Source: an uncultured virus (IMG/VR IMGVR_UViG_3300044633_000831) (Duplodnaviria; Heunggongvirae; Uroviricota; Caudoviricetes). Taken from it: a stretch of 64,000 nucleotides of DNA. This document shows positions 52,501-62,540 of the stretch, piece after piece (the first letter of the stretch is position 1; each line of letters starts with the position of its first letter). Made by a program: the position numbers and the translations under genes. Location of the stretch: the IMG/VR virus record IMGVR_UViG_3300044633_000831. One strand, written 5' to 3'. A model generated the notes under the pieces. The model worked only from the letters and a program-made list of their open reading frames with translations, was not told where the DNA came from and did not search any database.

Positions 52501-55201
52501 AACATTCTATCCAGCATTAGGGATCAGTGAACTTACAACTGTTAATATACCTGGTGGTACTACTATTACTGCAGCACCGATTGCAACAATTTTAGTTACT
52601 TTTTTATCAAATCACGGATTAATACCAGGAGCCGGTGTTTCGATTGACATTACTAGTAACGGCACCAACCATGCATTAGCTAGAGGACCTTTTTACGTTG
52701 AAAAAGTTCCATCGTTAACTACCTTTGTATATACTACTCGAGCAGCAGGAACTGTTGATATAGCAACAACCATGACAGGCGCAGTATATACTCGATCTGA
52801 CAGTTTCTTTGTTCACAGACCATATGACGGCGGTGTTATGTTAGGATCAGGTGGTCCTCAGCATAGTGCGCAAGCTGTTCGTATGAGTAAAAAATATATT
52901 AGATATCAGTCAGGTAAAGGCATTAACTATTGTACAGGTGCGTTATTTGCTCCAAGTTTTAATATACAGAGCATAGTTGCTGCTAATGTAACTATTGGAT
53001 CATATATTACAATTACAATGGATGATGTTGACCATGGATGTCAACCAGGAGGGATAATTAGAATATCAAATGTTGATACTATTGGGTTTAATGGAACTTA
53101 TACTGTATCTGATGTTATATCAGAACGTGTACTAAGGGTTCAAGCTCAAACTGTGTTAACAGCAACTACTGCAGTTATTACAACTTCTGCAATTTTATCT
53201 CTTGTAAAATGGCACGGCTCAACTGTACGAGCAGGTACGTTTGATGATCAAAATGGTATTTTCTTTCAATACAATGGCCAAGAATTTGCAGTTGGCCGTA
53301 GAACTGCAACGCTTCAATTAGCAGGAGTGGCTAATGTTACGAGAGATACTAACTTAGTAACTGGCACAAACACTAGATTTAGAGATCAAATTAAAGCAGG
53401 TGATCGAATTGTAATTAAAGGAATGACACACGTAGTAACAAGTGTAACTAGCCAAACTCGAATGACAATTAACCCGGACTATCGCGGAGCAACAAATGCA
53501 GTGCAAGCTAAAGTATGTTTAGTGCAAGATGTTATTATACCACAAAAATATTTTAACATTGATAAATTAGACGGAACTGGGCCAAGTGGTTTTAATATTG
53601 ATCTTACAAAAATGCAAATGGTCGGAATGCAATGGTCATGGTATGCAGTAGGATTTATTGATTTTATGCTACGAGGAAGTGACGGTAATTTTGTATTCTT
53701 CCATAGAATTCGTAATTCAAATGTTAATACCGAAGCATATATGCGTACTGGTAACCAAGCCGTTCGGTATGAAGTTATTAATGAGAGTGGACAAAACAAA
53801 TTAGCAAATTCGATTACTGCGTCGCAAACTACTATTCCTCTAGTTGATGCATCATCATTTCCAGATGAAGCAGGTACAGTATACATCGATAACGAATTAA
53901 TCGAATTTAGTGGTAAATCTGGAAATAATTTAATAGGGTGTACAAGAGCTGCTCCACAAATATTATTTACAGGTGGCTCACGCCGCACATTTACAGCTGG
54001 CGTTGCTAGTACACATGAATTTAATACAGGAGTAATACTAGTTAGTAATACAGTTAGTCCAATTATTAGCCATTGGGGTTCTGCGATGATAACTGATGGT
54101 AATTTTGATACTGATAGAGGATACTTATTTAACTATGCGTCTACTGGTATTAGCGTTTCGACTACAAAAGTTACTGCGTTCTTAATTCGATTAGCACCAA
54201 GTGTATCAAATGCTATTGTAGGAGATTTAGGAGACCGTGAATTATTAAATCGTGCGCAACTGTTATTACAATCAATTGCAGTAACATCAGATACAAGTAC
54301 CGGTGGTATCGTTGTTGAGGGAGTATTAAATCCACAAAATTACCCAACTGATCCTGCAAACATTGCATGGGGCGGGTTATCTGGATTGTCACAGGGTGGC
54401 CAACCTAGTTTTGCACAAATTGCACCAGGCGGATCTGCTAACTGGTCAACTGGGGCTACACAGACTACTTCAACTGCAGCTACTTCTGCACAATTAACTG
54501 CATCTGTTACTACAGTATTTAGTGTTAGCAATAACACAAGCTTTGTATATGTTGATGCAACATCGTGGACAACATCAGGTGGTGTAGTTGGATCAGGTAT
54601 ATCAGAACCAGGTAATAAAATACCGGCAGGTGCTACAATTACAAGTGCAGTTAGCGGAGGATCGTATTATGTGTTATACTTGTCTCAAAATACTACAGGT
54701 AACATCGCTAGCGGAGTTGTTTGCTCACTAACGTTAGGCGGAACATTAACTAGAACTAATTTTCTGTACTTTACAAAAGCAGTATGGGAAGGGGTAGGTG
54801 CAAGTGTTGGTCAATCACTTGCACCTACTGAAACAACCTTTCCGGCCGGAACGCGTGTTCAGACAATTAGTAATTCGTTAACATTTGGTAGTACACAATA
54901 TTATCGTATTAACTTTACACAAAATTCAAATACAAGTATTGCAGCTGCTACAACAATTGCGTTTTCTTTTGGACAACCTCCGTACGCGTTACCAGGAGAA
55001 ACTGTATTTTCGTTCATTAGTGCTCCAGGATCTACTTCTGTACTTGATTTAACTGATTTGAAAGAATTAACTAATACTACACTAGGCGGACGAGGAACAT
55101 ATCCAAATGGGCCTGACGTGTTAGCAATTAACGTGTACAAGGTATCCGGTACTGCAACTCCTGCTAGTATTGTATTAAGATGGGGTGAAGCGCAGGCTTA
55201 A
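49553..55201 (+). CDS. Very large virion structural protein (fibre/baseplate hub-like)
   Basis: 1882 aa; C.RD..DL.YGGN helical repeats, DADFEYGLQPTKW, YIRYQSGKG motifs. Confidence 0.75.
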   Translation: MAKQKIQDYVFLPGVSSNSNAYPNAYSLIKSNRSFILKETVAYINAQIAIDTASNLYPNAVTLLTNNKQFIIDEIVAWITNRVTNSIAPFAGYTVSQPTWRQNIGLVIDALIYDIRYGGNKKTIDVSKTFWTGGTAQLLSPTQEIAGFNQIFSLIINNILPKVAYSSQQSPVTSTQNTTGSAGESAVPTIITNLQAIIINVIPNGLSVLPAVTYSTTVYAGYIYDYTRCDRDIGMVVDAYLHDLRYGGNAKTRYVSSRFWNGSVPQIVGDRRPEITAQQFVITLITTKLLPQAPYTPLQTTVSRYTNNAIAYESVSVTRINSLSSSFISVLTNGLGSLPTLVNGVTTIKLQGRHKLETLLMITNTTSNQILYNFVDPTLGGAVTIDTGYVSNDYYQDDDFQSYRNITDYTTTLILEADTSTASIADDIQIFVEAKEQRTRPYDFGTDAIERHRVAQPQSMLDADFEYGLQPTKWQSFGLSRGYPSVFEVPGTDTPVVTVVTDASTGTGGTGQSLITVTTTAPHGFTVSTPITIKALANSISGFSRAEGTFLISSVPTTTTFTYYAVSKVGANNGDVLATSYTQLRRGSFYTGASIGSPSFSVLSNGSITTFTSFLTTTAGTNQITYTGTTPSIGAPLSGTGMRSGTQVTSVIGTVNVVSTIQTNVNINDTEINVVDASGILEGMAIDNGSGTAIFVSSVTGTTVNLNQPVTTFRLGNTTTYTNVSGTNITFTGTNASFNVSRVDGEYVVTIANGGSGYQSGNRVKVLGTDLGGISPINDLIITADITSNGEIQSITTAGTSVTGDTSYILEASFSNTLTGVDAEFGITCSNSGYTLNIVNYGSLYQPGETLTFLGSSLGGTSPENDLVVTVETINPNNNEISTYSFVGTPRSSDTSFGTQNSVVIDPIGANGTFNIVRSNSAYTVTVNGGGTNYYKGDQILISGTSMGGISPDNDAVLIISDVSSNVITDATITGTGAAGTAITFYPALGISELTTVNIPGGTTITAAPIATILVTFLSNHGLIPGAGVSIDITSNGTNHALARGPFYVEKVPSLTTFVYTTRAAGTVDIATTMTGAVYTRSDSFFVHRPYDGGVMLGSGGPQHSAQAVRMSKKYIRYQSGKGINYCTGALFAPSFNIQSIVAANVTIGSYITITMDDVDHGCQPGGIIRISNVDTIGFNGTYTVSDVISERVLRVQAQTVLTATTAVITTSAILSLVKWHGSTVRAGTFDDQNGIFFQYNGQEFAVGRRTATLQLAGVANVTRDTNLVTGTNTRFRDQIKAGDRIVIKGMTHVVTSVTSQTRMTINPDYRGATNAVQAKVCLVQDVIIPQKYFNIDKLDGTGPSGFNIDLTKMQMVGMQWSWYAVGFIDFMLRGSDGNFVFFHRIRNSNVNTEAYMRTGNQAVRYEVINESGQNKLANSITASQTTIPLVDASSFPDEAGTVYIDNELIEFSGKSGNNLIGCTRAAPQILFTGGSRRTFTAGVASTHEFNTGVILVSNTVSPIISHWGSAMITDGNFDTDRGYLFNYASTGISVSTTKVTAFLIRLAPSVSNAIVGDLGDRELLNRAQLLLQSIAVTSDTSTGGIVVEGVLNPQNYPTDPANIAWGGLSGLSQGGQPSFAQIAPGGSANWSTGATQTTSTAATSAQLTASVTTVFSVSNNTSFVYVDATSWTTSGGVVGSGISEPGNKIPAGATITSAVSGGSYYVLYLSQNTTGNIASGVVCSLTLGGTLTRTNFLYFTKAVWEGVGASVGQSLAPTETTFPAGTRVQTISNSLTFGSTQYYRINFTQNSNTSIAAATTIAFSFGQPPYALPGETVFSFISAPGSTSVLDLTDLKELTNTTLGGRGTYPNGPDVLAINVYKVSGTATPASIVLRWGEAQA

Positions 55202-55240
55202 CTATAAATACTTATAGTTAATCAAAACAAGGAACAATTG

Positions 55241-57388
55241 ATGTCATTAATTCTTTCAAATTTACTAAGAACAACAATCACTGTGGTAACTCCGGTATCA
55301 CTCGGGGGTACCGGAGTTACATCGATCGCTGGTTTAGTAAAAGGTAATGGTACAGCAGCATTTACTGCAGCACAAATAGGAGTAGATTTTATAGCTCCAA
55401 ACGGCGCATTAGGAAATCCAATAAGTGGTGACTTGTTGTCATGTACTAATGCAATTGCATATGGATTAAAAACATCGTCGTCTACAATAAGTATCTCGAC
55501 TGCAACTGCACCAACGACCGGTCAAATGCTAACTGCAACTAGCGCAACTACTGCAATCTGGCAAACTCCGACCGGTGGCACCGTTACTAACGTATCTGCA
55601 TTATCTATTGGCTCTAATGGCACTGATGTGTCGTCTTCTGTCACAAATGGATCAAGCACTCCTGTTATTACGTTAAATATTCCAACCGCATCGAGTACTG
55701 TTAGAGGTGTTTTAAGTACAGCAGATTGGGTTACTTTTAATAGCAAACTTGGTTCAGTACCGATTGCAAGTAGTACAATATTAGGGGGTGTAAAAGTTGG
55801 TAGCGGGCTAGATATTAACGGATCAGGCGTTCTCAGTACCACATATACATTACCGACGTCAAGTACCTCGGTATTAGGGGGTGTAAAAGTTGATGGTACT
55901 ACTATTACAATTAATGGCAGTGGCATAATTAGCGTAAATGGAAGTTCATTACCTGCATCAACTACTTCTACCTTAGGAACTGTAATTGTTCCAGCAGTTA
56001 GCACAAGTGGAATAACTAATACTAGCGGAACTATTAGCCTAGCAGTTGCTAGTAATACACAACTAGGTGGTGTTAAAGTTGACAATAGTACAATTACAAT
56101 TAACGGTAGTGGTGTTATTAGTGTAGTGTCATCGTTTACAACTGGATTATCTATCGGAACTTCATTAACGATTCCAACAGGTGATACTGCATCAAGACCA
56201 ACTGCTACTCAAGGTAATTTAAGATTTAATACGAGCCTTGGAAAATTTGAAGGTTATTATGGTAGTGCATGGGGTGCAGTTGGCGGAGGATTGAGCCCAA
56301 CTGCAATACAAACTAGTAATGGATATATTGCTAAAGCAAACGATCTTGTTAGATGTAATACTACCGCAGGTGCATTTTCAATTACATTACCTAGTAATCC
56401 AGTAGACGGTGACATTGTAGGCGTAATCGATACTCACAAAATGTTTGCTGTTAATAATTTAACAATATTAGTTGCTGGTTCTAAACAAATAGAAGACGAT
56501 ACCGCATCACTAATACTTGATATAGCCGGTTCTTATATAGCATTAGTTTATAACGACGTTAACAGTAATTGGAGAATATTAGAAACTCCACTCGGAACCG
56601 GTATTAGTTCTACTAGTATTATAACTACTAATGGATATGTTGCATCAGTGAACGACCTAGTAAGATGTGATACAACAACTGCTGCATTCTCAGTAACATT
56701 GCCGTCAAATCCAATTGATGGAAGTATTGTTAATTTTGTAGATGTAGCAAGTGCTGGATCTTTTCTTACAAATAACTTAACTGTTTTACCTGGTATTGGC
56801 AAAACAGTCGAAAATGACACATCATTATTGTTAGATGTTAATGGAACTTATGTTTCTCTAGTATATAATCTAAGTACATCTAACTGGAAAGTATTACAAG
56901 CTCCTTACTGCTTATTAGGAAACGTAACAACATCTATTACACTAAGCGGGTTAACTAAAGGTACTGGCAATACATTAACTAACGCGGTTGCAGGTACCGA
57001 TTATCAAGCTCCGATCGGCACAATTAGCGGATTAGTTAAAGGTAATGGTGCAAATGCATTAACTGCAGCTACTGCTGGTGTTGATTATATGCCAGCTGTT
57101 ACATGGGTTATAAAAAATACAACATACAATCCTGCTGTAGCAGGAGATCATATTTTAGCAAATACGTCTGGCGGAACATTTACTATTACATTACCTGCCT
57201 CTCCGGCTGCTAGCAATACAATAGTCATTGCTGATTATGCCGGTACATTTGCAACAAGTAATCTTACAATTGCATCAAATGGTAATAAAATACTAGGAAC
57301 AGTCCAGGATTTAGTGCTGAATGTATCAAATAGAAACGCCACTCTAGTCTACACCGATAGCACTAGAGGTTGGATAATACTTTTTTAA
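55241..57388 (+). CDS. Modular tail fibre protein
   Basis: TATAAATA at 55203-55210; LGGVKV repeats; three T..G.F.ITLP..P..GD domains. Confidence 0.75.
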   Translation: MSLILSNLLRTTITVVTPVSLGGTGVTSIAGLVKGNGTAAFTAAQIGVDFIAPNGALGNPISGDLLSCTNAIAYGLKTSSSTISISTATAPTTGQMLTATSATTAIWQTPTGGTVTNVSALSIGSNGTDVSSSVTNGSSTPVITLNIPTASSTVRGVLSTADWVTFNSKLGSVPIASSTILGGVKVGSGLDINGSGVLSTTYTLPTSSTSVLGGVKVDGTTITINGSGIISVNGSSLPASTTSTLGTVIVPAVSTSGITNTSGTISLAVASNTQLGGVKVDNSTITINGSGVISVVSSFTTGLSIGTSLTIPTGDTASRPTATQGNLRFNTSLGKFEGYYGSAWGAVGGGLSPTAIQTSNGYIAKANDLVRCNTTAGAFSITLPSNPVDGDIVGVIDTHKMFAVNNLTILVAGSKQIEDDTASLILDIAGSYIALVYNDVNSNWRILETPLGTGISSTSIITTNGYVASVNDLVRCDTTTAAFSVTLPSNPIDGSIVNFVDVASAGSFLTNNLTVLPGIGKTVENDTSLLLDVNGTYVSLVYNLSTSNWKVLQAPYCLLGNVTTSITLSGLTKGTGNTLTNAVAGTDYQAPIGTISGLVKGNGANALTAATAGVDYMPAVTWVIKNTTYNPAVAGDHILANTSGGTFTITLPASPAASNTIVIADYAGTFATSNLTIASNGNKILGTVQDLVLNVSNRNATLVYTDSTRGWIILF

Positions 57389-57401
57389 TAGGATTTAACA
57401 T

Positions 57402-58079
57402 ATGAGTTTACTAATGAGTACATTATTAGGTGCCGGCGGTGCTGGCGGCGGGTGGAATCGTTCTCAAACATTTACTAGCAGCGGTACATGGACGCGGCCA
57501 TCTGTTACAGTGACTGAATGTATGGTTGTTCTGCTTGGCGGCGGAGGTGGTGGAGGTTCTGGCGGTTATGGACAAGATACTACTAAACTAACTGGCGGCG
57601 CTGGAGGCGGTGGAGGCAGTGGATATTTAACCACTGCAATTGTTCAAATTACGTCAAATTTAACCGTATCTTTAGGCTCAGGGGGCGCAGCAGCTACTTC
57701 TGCTGGCGCAGGAGGCGCTACAGGAGGAACGTCTACAGTTACAGGTACAGGCGTGTCTTTATCCGCTTCCGGCGGAACTGGTGGAGGATATGGTGATTTC
57801 TTTCAAGTTAATGGTAACGTATATCGTGGTTTTGGAGGACTTGGCGGCCTTGGAGGGAATAACGGAGCTACAGGCTCTAACGGGTTTATTCTAACCGCTG
57901 GACAAACAGAGTCTTTATATGTTATAGGAGGTACTGGCGGAAGCTCACCTTTAAATAATGCTTTTGGATACGGCGGTCAAGGCGCTAGAGGGGTAAGTAA
58001 CCAATCTAGTTCTAGTAATTCATTTATTAACATTACCGCAGGTACTGGTGGGTATTGCCTTATTTTTTGGAGAGAGTAA
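57402..58079 (+). CDS. Glycine-rich adhesin-like protein
   Basis: FTSSGTW..P..VT...V...GGGGGG...G.GG...I.W pattern. Confidence 0.75.
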   Translation: MSLLMSTLLGAGGAGGGWNRSQTFTSSGTWTRPSVTVTECMVVLLGGGGGGGSGGYGQDTTKLTGGAGGGGGSGYLTTAIVQITSNLTVSLGSGGAAATSAGAGGATGGTSTVTGTGVSLSASGGTGGGYGDFFQVNGNVYRGFGGLGGLGGNNGATGSNGFILTAGQTESLYVIGGTGGSSPLNNAFGYGGQGARGVSNQSSSSNSFINITAGTGGYCLIFWRE

Positions 58080-58462
58080 TGAGATACGCAAAAATATTAA
58101 ATTCAAAAGTAGAAAACACTATCGTTTTGCGTGATGAAGATGTACATTTGATGCCTAGCGATTGGGTGCTTGTTAAATCAGATACAGCAAACATTGGTGA
58201 CGAGTATCTTAACGGCGTTTTCATTCCTCCCGCACCTGTTGTACCAGAAACGCTACCAAAACGCTTATCCTTAGACGACATCCGCAATGCACTAACACTT
58301 GCTGAAAAGATCAAATGGGACAATAACAAAACCGATGAAATCACGACTGTAAAAGTTGAATTTTCAACTCCGTTACTTGTTGCCGATGCAGAACAATGGC
58401 TACAACTGCTAGTCGACAGTGGTTCTATTTCACAAGAGTCGATTGATAAAATTTTAGCATAA
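58079..58462 (+). CDS. Small fibre-associated chaperone-like protein
   Basis: TAATG coupling; MRYA.I....V.N.IV...A.IG..Y..G.F..P pattern. Confidence 0.65.
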   Translation: MRYAKILNSKVENTIVLRDEDVHLMPSDWVLVKSDTANIGDEYLNGVFIPPAPVVPETLPKRLSLDDIRNALTLAEKIKWDNNKTDEITTVKVEFSTPLLVADAEQWLQLLVDSGSISQESIDKILA

Positions 58463-58480
58463 TATAGAAAAGGAAACTAA

Positions 58481-59377
58481 ATGGCAAAAAATCTTTCAAA
58501 TATAATACGAGCAGGATCTGGAAGTAATCCATTGCCTATTACATACGGCGGTACTGGCGCAACTACACTTACAGGTGTTTTAAGAGGTAACGGAACAGGA
58601 GCAGTTACTGCTGCATCTGCCGGAACAGATTACCTAGCGCCACCGACAGGAACATCGTTATTGAAAGCAAATTTAGGTGGCGCGTTAGCGAATGCGGTTG
58701 CCGGAACGGATTATTTTGCTGCGGTTGCTCCGGGCACATCTGGTAACGTGTTAGTATCTAACGGCACTACATGGGCATCTAGTGCTCCAGCAAGTGGTGG
58801 TTTTTCTAATCTAGTTGTATTCACTTCTTCTGGAACGTGGTCAGTCCCTGCAGGAGTTACTAAGTGTAAAGTGACTGTTACCGGCGGTGGTGCCGGTGGC
58901 GCCTCTAGTGGGAGCAGCGGTAATGGTGGTGCTAGTGGCTCCGCCGGTGGTACAGCAATTAAGGTTGTTACATTGAGCAGTGGAACAGCAACAATTACTA
59001 TTGGCGCAGGCGGAGGAGGAAGCGCCGCTGGTGGAGCTAGCAGTTTTACTTACTCTACAACTACGTTAACCGGTGGAGGAGGAGCAAGCAGCGGTACTTT
59101 TGTTGCCGGTGCGGGAGGTGCAGCATCCGGCGGTGACCTAAACATTAGCGGTGGTGGTGGCACAGGAATCCTAGGATCGGGCTCCATTCAAGTTGGCGGA
59201 GGCCCAGGAGGGAACTCGATATGGGGAGGCGCAGGCGGCGGAGGAAATGCTAATCCAGGTCAAGGAACTTCTAATGGGCAAACTGCTGCGACGAATTCCG
59301 GTAGTGGCGGTGGCGGTCCGGGATCAAACGGTTCAGGCGGCTCAGGTGCTGCTGGCATTGTAGTAATTGAATATTAA
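58481..59377 (+). CDS. Short fibre with a C-terminal glycine-rich adhesin domain
   Basis: GGTGATT, G.SG.VL.SNG..W, FTSSGTW.VPAGVT..KVTVTGGG...GIVVIEY. Confidence 0.75.
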   Translation: MAKNLSNIIRAGSGSNPLPITYGGTGATTLTGVLRGNGTGAVTAASAGTDYLAPPTGTSLLKANLGGALANAVAGTDYFAAVAPGTSGNVLVSNGTTWASSAPASGGFSNLVVFTSSGTWSVPAGVTKCKVTVTGGGAGGASSGSSGNGGASGSAGGTAIKVVTLSSGTATITIGAGGGGSAAGGASSFTYSTTTLTGGGGASSGTFVAGAGGAASGGDLNISGGGGTGILGSGSIQVGGGPGGNSIWGGAGGGGNANPGQGTSNGQTAATNSGSGGGGPGSNGSGGSGAAGIVVIEY

Positions 59378-59390
59378 CGGGGGTAGAGAT

Positions 59391-59639
59391 ATGGCACATT
59401 ATGCAGTAATCGAAAACGGCAATGTTGTAAACACTGTTGAAGCAGATGCAGAATATGCATTACAAAACGGATGGGTAGCGGCTGAAAAAGAAGTGTGTAT
59501 TGGTTGGGTTTATTTGGATGGAAACTTTATAGATGAAAGACCAATTGAAGCACTAATCGATGATACGCCTGTTCAACCAACTAAAGAAGAACTTATTGCA
59601 CAGATTGAACTTTTAACTAAGCAAATTCAAGCACTGTGA
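59391..59639 (+). CDS. Small fibre-associated protein (paralog of the 58079 N-terminus)
   Basis: MAHYAVIENG.VVN.V...IGW.Y.DG.F plus a C-terminal coiled coil. Confidence 0.65.
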   Translation: MAHYAVIENGNVVNTVEADAEYALQNGWVAAEKEVCIGWVYLDGNFIDERPIEALIDDTPVQPTKEELIAQIELLTKQIQAL

Positions 59640-59685
59640 TAGTTATAAATAGTTTATTATTTGACTAATCATACAAGGAAACTAA

Positions 59686-60393
59686 ATGTCAAAAAATTTA
59701 TCAGCACTGTTAAGAACTGGTAGTAGCACTCCATTAACAATTGCTAGCAATTCAATACTAGGTGGTGTAAAAGTTGACGGAACTACTATTACAATTAATC
59801 CATCAACTGGTGTTATTAGTGGTGCAAACACATACTCATTAATTGCTACAACTACAACAACATTAGGTGGTGTAATTATACCAGTAGTTGGAACTAGTGG
59901 TATTTCTAATTCATCAGGTACAATTGGGTTAGCAACTGCAAGTACTACACAATTAGGTGGTGTAAAAGTTGACGGAACTACTATTACAATTAACGGTAGT
60001 GGTGTTATTAGCATAACAGAACCAACTACTACACTATCAAGTACTGCAACTACCCTTACTATTGATTTAACTACAACTACTACGTCAACAATAATTATTA
60101 CATGTGATACTACTGCTAGTCAAGCAAAAACTTTTAATTTTACTGGCACTCCTGCTACAATGATTAGTACAAACATATTCTCAATAAATGTTATTGTTAA
60201 AAACAACGTAGCAATTTCTAGTTTAACGTGGCAACGTGCAGGAGTCGCAGGTAATGTTAAATGGCCAAATGGTGCAATTCCTCCTGCCACATTGACTGCA
60301 ATTGGTACCGGGGGTTATGATGTTTGGACATTTTTTACAACAGATGGCGGTACAACGTTTGCCGGAAGTTTATCAATGTATGGAGTTAGATAA
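59686..60393 (+). CDS. Short tail fibre protein
   Basis: TATAAATA at 59644-59651; LGGVKVDGTTITI repeats; C-terminal VKWPNG..P...D...F.T.DGG domain. Confidence 0.75.
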   Translation: MSKNLSALLRTGSSTPLTIASNSILGGVKVDGTTITINPSTGVISGANTYSLIATTTTTLGGVIIPVVGTSGISNSSGTIGLATASTTQLGGVKVDGTTITINGSGVISITEPTTTLSSTATTLTIDLTTTTTSTIIITCDTTASQAKTFNFTGTPATMISTNIFSINVIVKNNVAISSLTWQRAGVAGNVKWPNGAIPPATLTAIGTGGYDVWTFFTTDGGTTFAGSLSMYGVR

Positions 60394-60395
60394 CC

Positions 60396-61211
60396 ATGAT
60401 TGGCAAATTTTTTGGGAAGTTAATTCGTGAAATAACTCCTGCTGATATGACTCCAGTTACTATTAATTCGTCCGGAACTTATAATCCTAGATACGGAAAA
60501 CAACGTATTTTCATATCCGGAGCCGGTGGGGTAGGAACTTATATTCCTGGAAACTTTTACGACAATTCGTATACTAATTCTGGATATACAAATCCAGCTG
60601 TTAATAACTCGTATACTAATCCTGGATCTACTAATGCAGCGCAAAACGGTGTACAAGTCGGAGTTTATTATGTAAACTGGAGTCCAAGTACCTGGTATGC
60701 TGATGCTTCTGGGCCTCCGGGAAATTGGAGTTGGTATTATAATGTAGTTACCCAGTCTGTTACATATTATAACTTTTATGCATATTATTCTCCGTATCCG
60801 AGTAGTGTTAATACAATGGGCGGGTATAACATGCCAGGCAATGGTGGTACTACTCCATCTAGTCCGTATGCAGTCGGAACTCCTGGGGCGGGACAACTTT
60901 ACGGTAATGTGCCAGCATATTATCAACCGGGCAATTACGTTCCGGGCAATTACGACCCAGGAAATTACGTTCCGGGGAATTACGTTTCAGGAAACACCGG
61001 AACAAATGCAGGTACTACAAATACCGGATCTACCTTTAATATATTTGGAGTATCATTACCAGGAGGTGTAGGCGGCGCTGCAACTGCAATACCCCCAACG
61101 CTTGGAAGCTTTACAAGTTATTATACAAGCTACTATACAGTTTATGATACTTCGCCTATAACAGTAACAGTGCCCACAGGCGGGTACGTTATAATTACAT
61201 TCACACTATAA
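60396..61211 (+). CDS. Tyr/Asn/Pro/Gly-rich repeat protein (candidate fibre tip / adhesin)
   Basis: YTN repeats and YxPGN-type x5 repeats flanking an aromatic core. Confidence 0.7.
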   Translation: MIGKFFGKLIREITPADMTPVTINSSGTYNPRYGKQRIFISGAGGVGTYIPGNFYDNSYTNSGYTNPAVNNSYTNPGSTNAAQNGVQVGVYYVNWSPSTWYADASGPPGNWSWYYNVVTQSVTYYNFYAYYSPYPSSVNTMGGYNMPGNGGTTPSSPYAVGTPGAGQLYGNVPAYYQPGNYVPGNYDPGNYVPGNYVSGNTGTNAGTTNTGSTFNIFGVSLPGGVGGAATAIPPTLGSFTSYYTSYYTVYDTSPITVTVPTGGYVIITFTL

Positions 61212-61216
61212 AAATT

Positions 61217-61810
61217 ATGTATACAATACCAGATATTCACACTGCATTAGAACCATTAGTTTGTTGGTCAGGTGCATTTACAGAAGAAGAAATTAATAAA
61301 ATAATTAAAATGGGAGACGAATTAGCGTTCCAGCGAGCAAAAGTTGGTTCAAAAAATTCTGAAGATTTAAAAATTAGAAATAGTACAGTATCTTGGATAC
61401 AACCAAATGAAGAAACTAGTTGGCTATTTAATAAAATGGCTGAAATAGTTGCTAGGATTAATACTGACAAGTATCAATTTACATTATCTCATATAGAAGC
61501 ACTACAATATACTACATATGAAATTAACGAGTTTTATGGTTGGCATATTGACGGAGCAGCAAAGGATACGTTTGGACCACATCATAGAAAATTAGGAATT
61601 TCTGTTATATTATCAGATCCGGATAGCGAATTCACCGGCGGAGAATTCCAGATTATTCCTGACGGAAATCCTAATAATGTAAATAGTACAAAGCCTAAAA
61701 AGGGAGATGTAATAGCATTTCCGTCGTTTGTTCCCCATCAAGTTACAAAAGTTGAATCCGGAAAACGGAAAAGTTTAGTTTGTTGGGTACTTGGGCCAAA
61801 ATTTAAATAA
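61217..61810 (+). CDS. 2OG-Fe(II) oxygenase (prolyl-4-hydroxylase / PKHD-type)
   Basis: QYT.Y...FYGWHID, RKL...IL, F.GGEF, FPS..PH.V..V..G.RKSLV.W (HxD...H...R). Confidence 0.92.
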   Translation: MYTIPDIHTALEPLVCWSGAFTEEEINKIIKMGDELAFQRAKVGSKNSEDLKIRNSTVSWIQPNEETSWLFNKMAEIVARINTDKYQFTLSHIEALQYTTYEINEFYGWHIDGAAKDTFGPHHRKLGISVILSDPDSEFTGGEFQIIPDGNPNNVNSTKPKKGDVIAFPSFVPHQVTKVESGKRKSLVCWVLGPKFK

Positions 61811-61820
61811 AAGAGGGTAA

Positions 61821-62540
61821 ATGTCGCTTATATCAATTTTTAAAGATCCACTAATAGAGTTTTTAACTTCCGAACAACATTCTACAGTATTAATCCCGCC
61901 TGGACCTGCTAATAAATTTATACCGGAATGGTATAAATCTATTCCTGCAGTTAGTAAATCTTTTAGAGACGTGAAAGGTGCACACGGAATGACTGCTAAG
62001 AAGTGTTTACCGATGTTAGATGCAATGACACACGGCTACATTATTCCACTAGCAGGCGACATACATGTAAGGACAAATGAAGACGCAACTATAATTGATA
62101 TTACTGAAAATCCGTATGTTCGATTAACAGACGAACACGACCCAACTCAAGTAGGACCAAATTTTCCGTATCCTGGAAAACATTTAATTAAATTTTTAAA
62201 TCATTTTGTTATTAAAACTCCTCCAGGATATTCGTGTTTATTTACTGCACCGGTTAATCATTTAGAATCTAGATTCTTAACATTAGGTGCAGTGGTCGAA
62301 ACCGATATGTATGATAGAGAAATTAATTTTCCAACTGTGTGGCTAGCTAATAATTTTGATGACATTTTACCTGCAGGAACTCCGTTAATACAATGTATTC
62401 CGTTTAAACGCAATACTAATATTGATAAGTACACTGTTAGACCATTTACTTCTAAAGAATTTAATCAAAGAGAAATAACAAGAATGAAACAAGATAATCA
62501 GTGCAGTTATTATGTTAATAATATTAGAGTAAAAAAATAA
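61821..62540 (+). CDS. Conserved phage hypothetical protein (DUF6065-like)
   Basis: PEWY, KKCLPMLDAM..GYIIP, KF.N...IKTPPGYS.LF..P, GTPL.Q.IPF.R. Confidence 0.65.
   Translation: MSLISIFKDPLIEFLTSEQHSTVLIPPGPANKFIPEWYKSIPAVSKSFRDVKGAHGMTAKKCLPMLDAMTHGYIIPLAGDIHVRTNEDATIIDITENPYVRLTDEHDPTQVGPNFPYPGKHLIKFLNHFVIKTPPGYSCLFTAPVNHLESRFLTLGAVVETDMYDREINFPTVWLANNFDDILPAGTPLIQCIPFKRNTNIDKYTVRPFTSKEFNQREITRMKQDNQCSYYVNNIRVKK

Noticed and set aside
60396..61211. Diversity-generating retroelement target (Asn/Tyr-rich region)
   Set aside because: No reverse transcriptase and no template/variable repeat pair differing at adenines seen in the window
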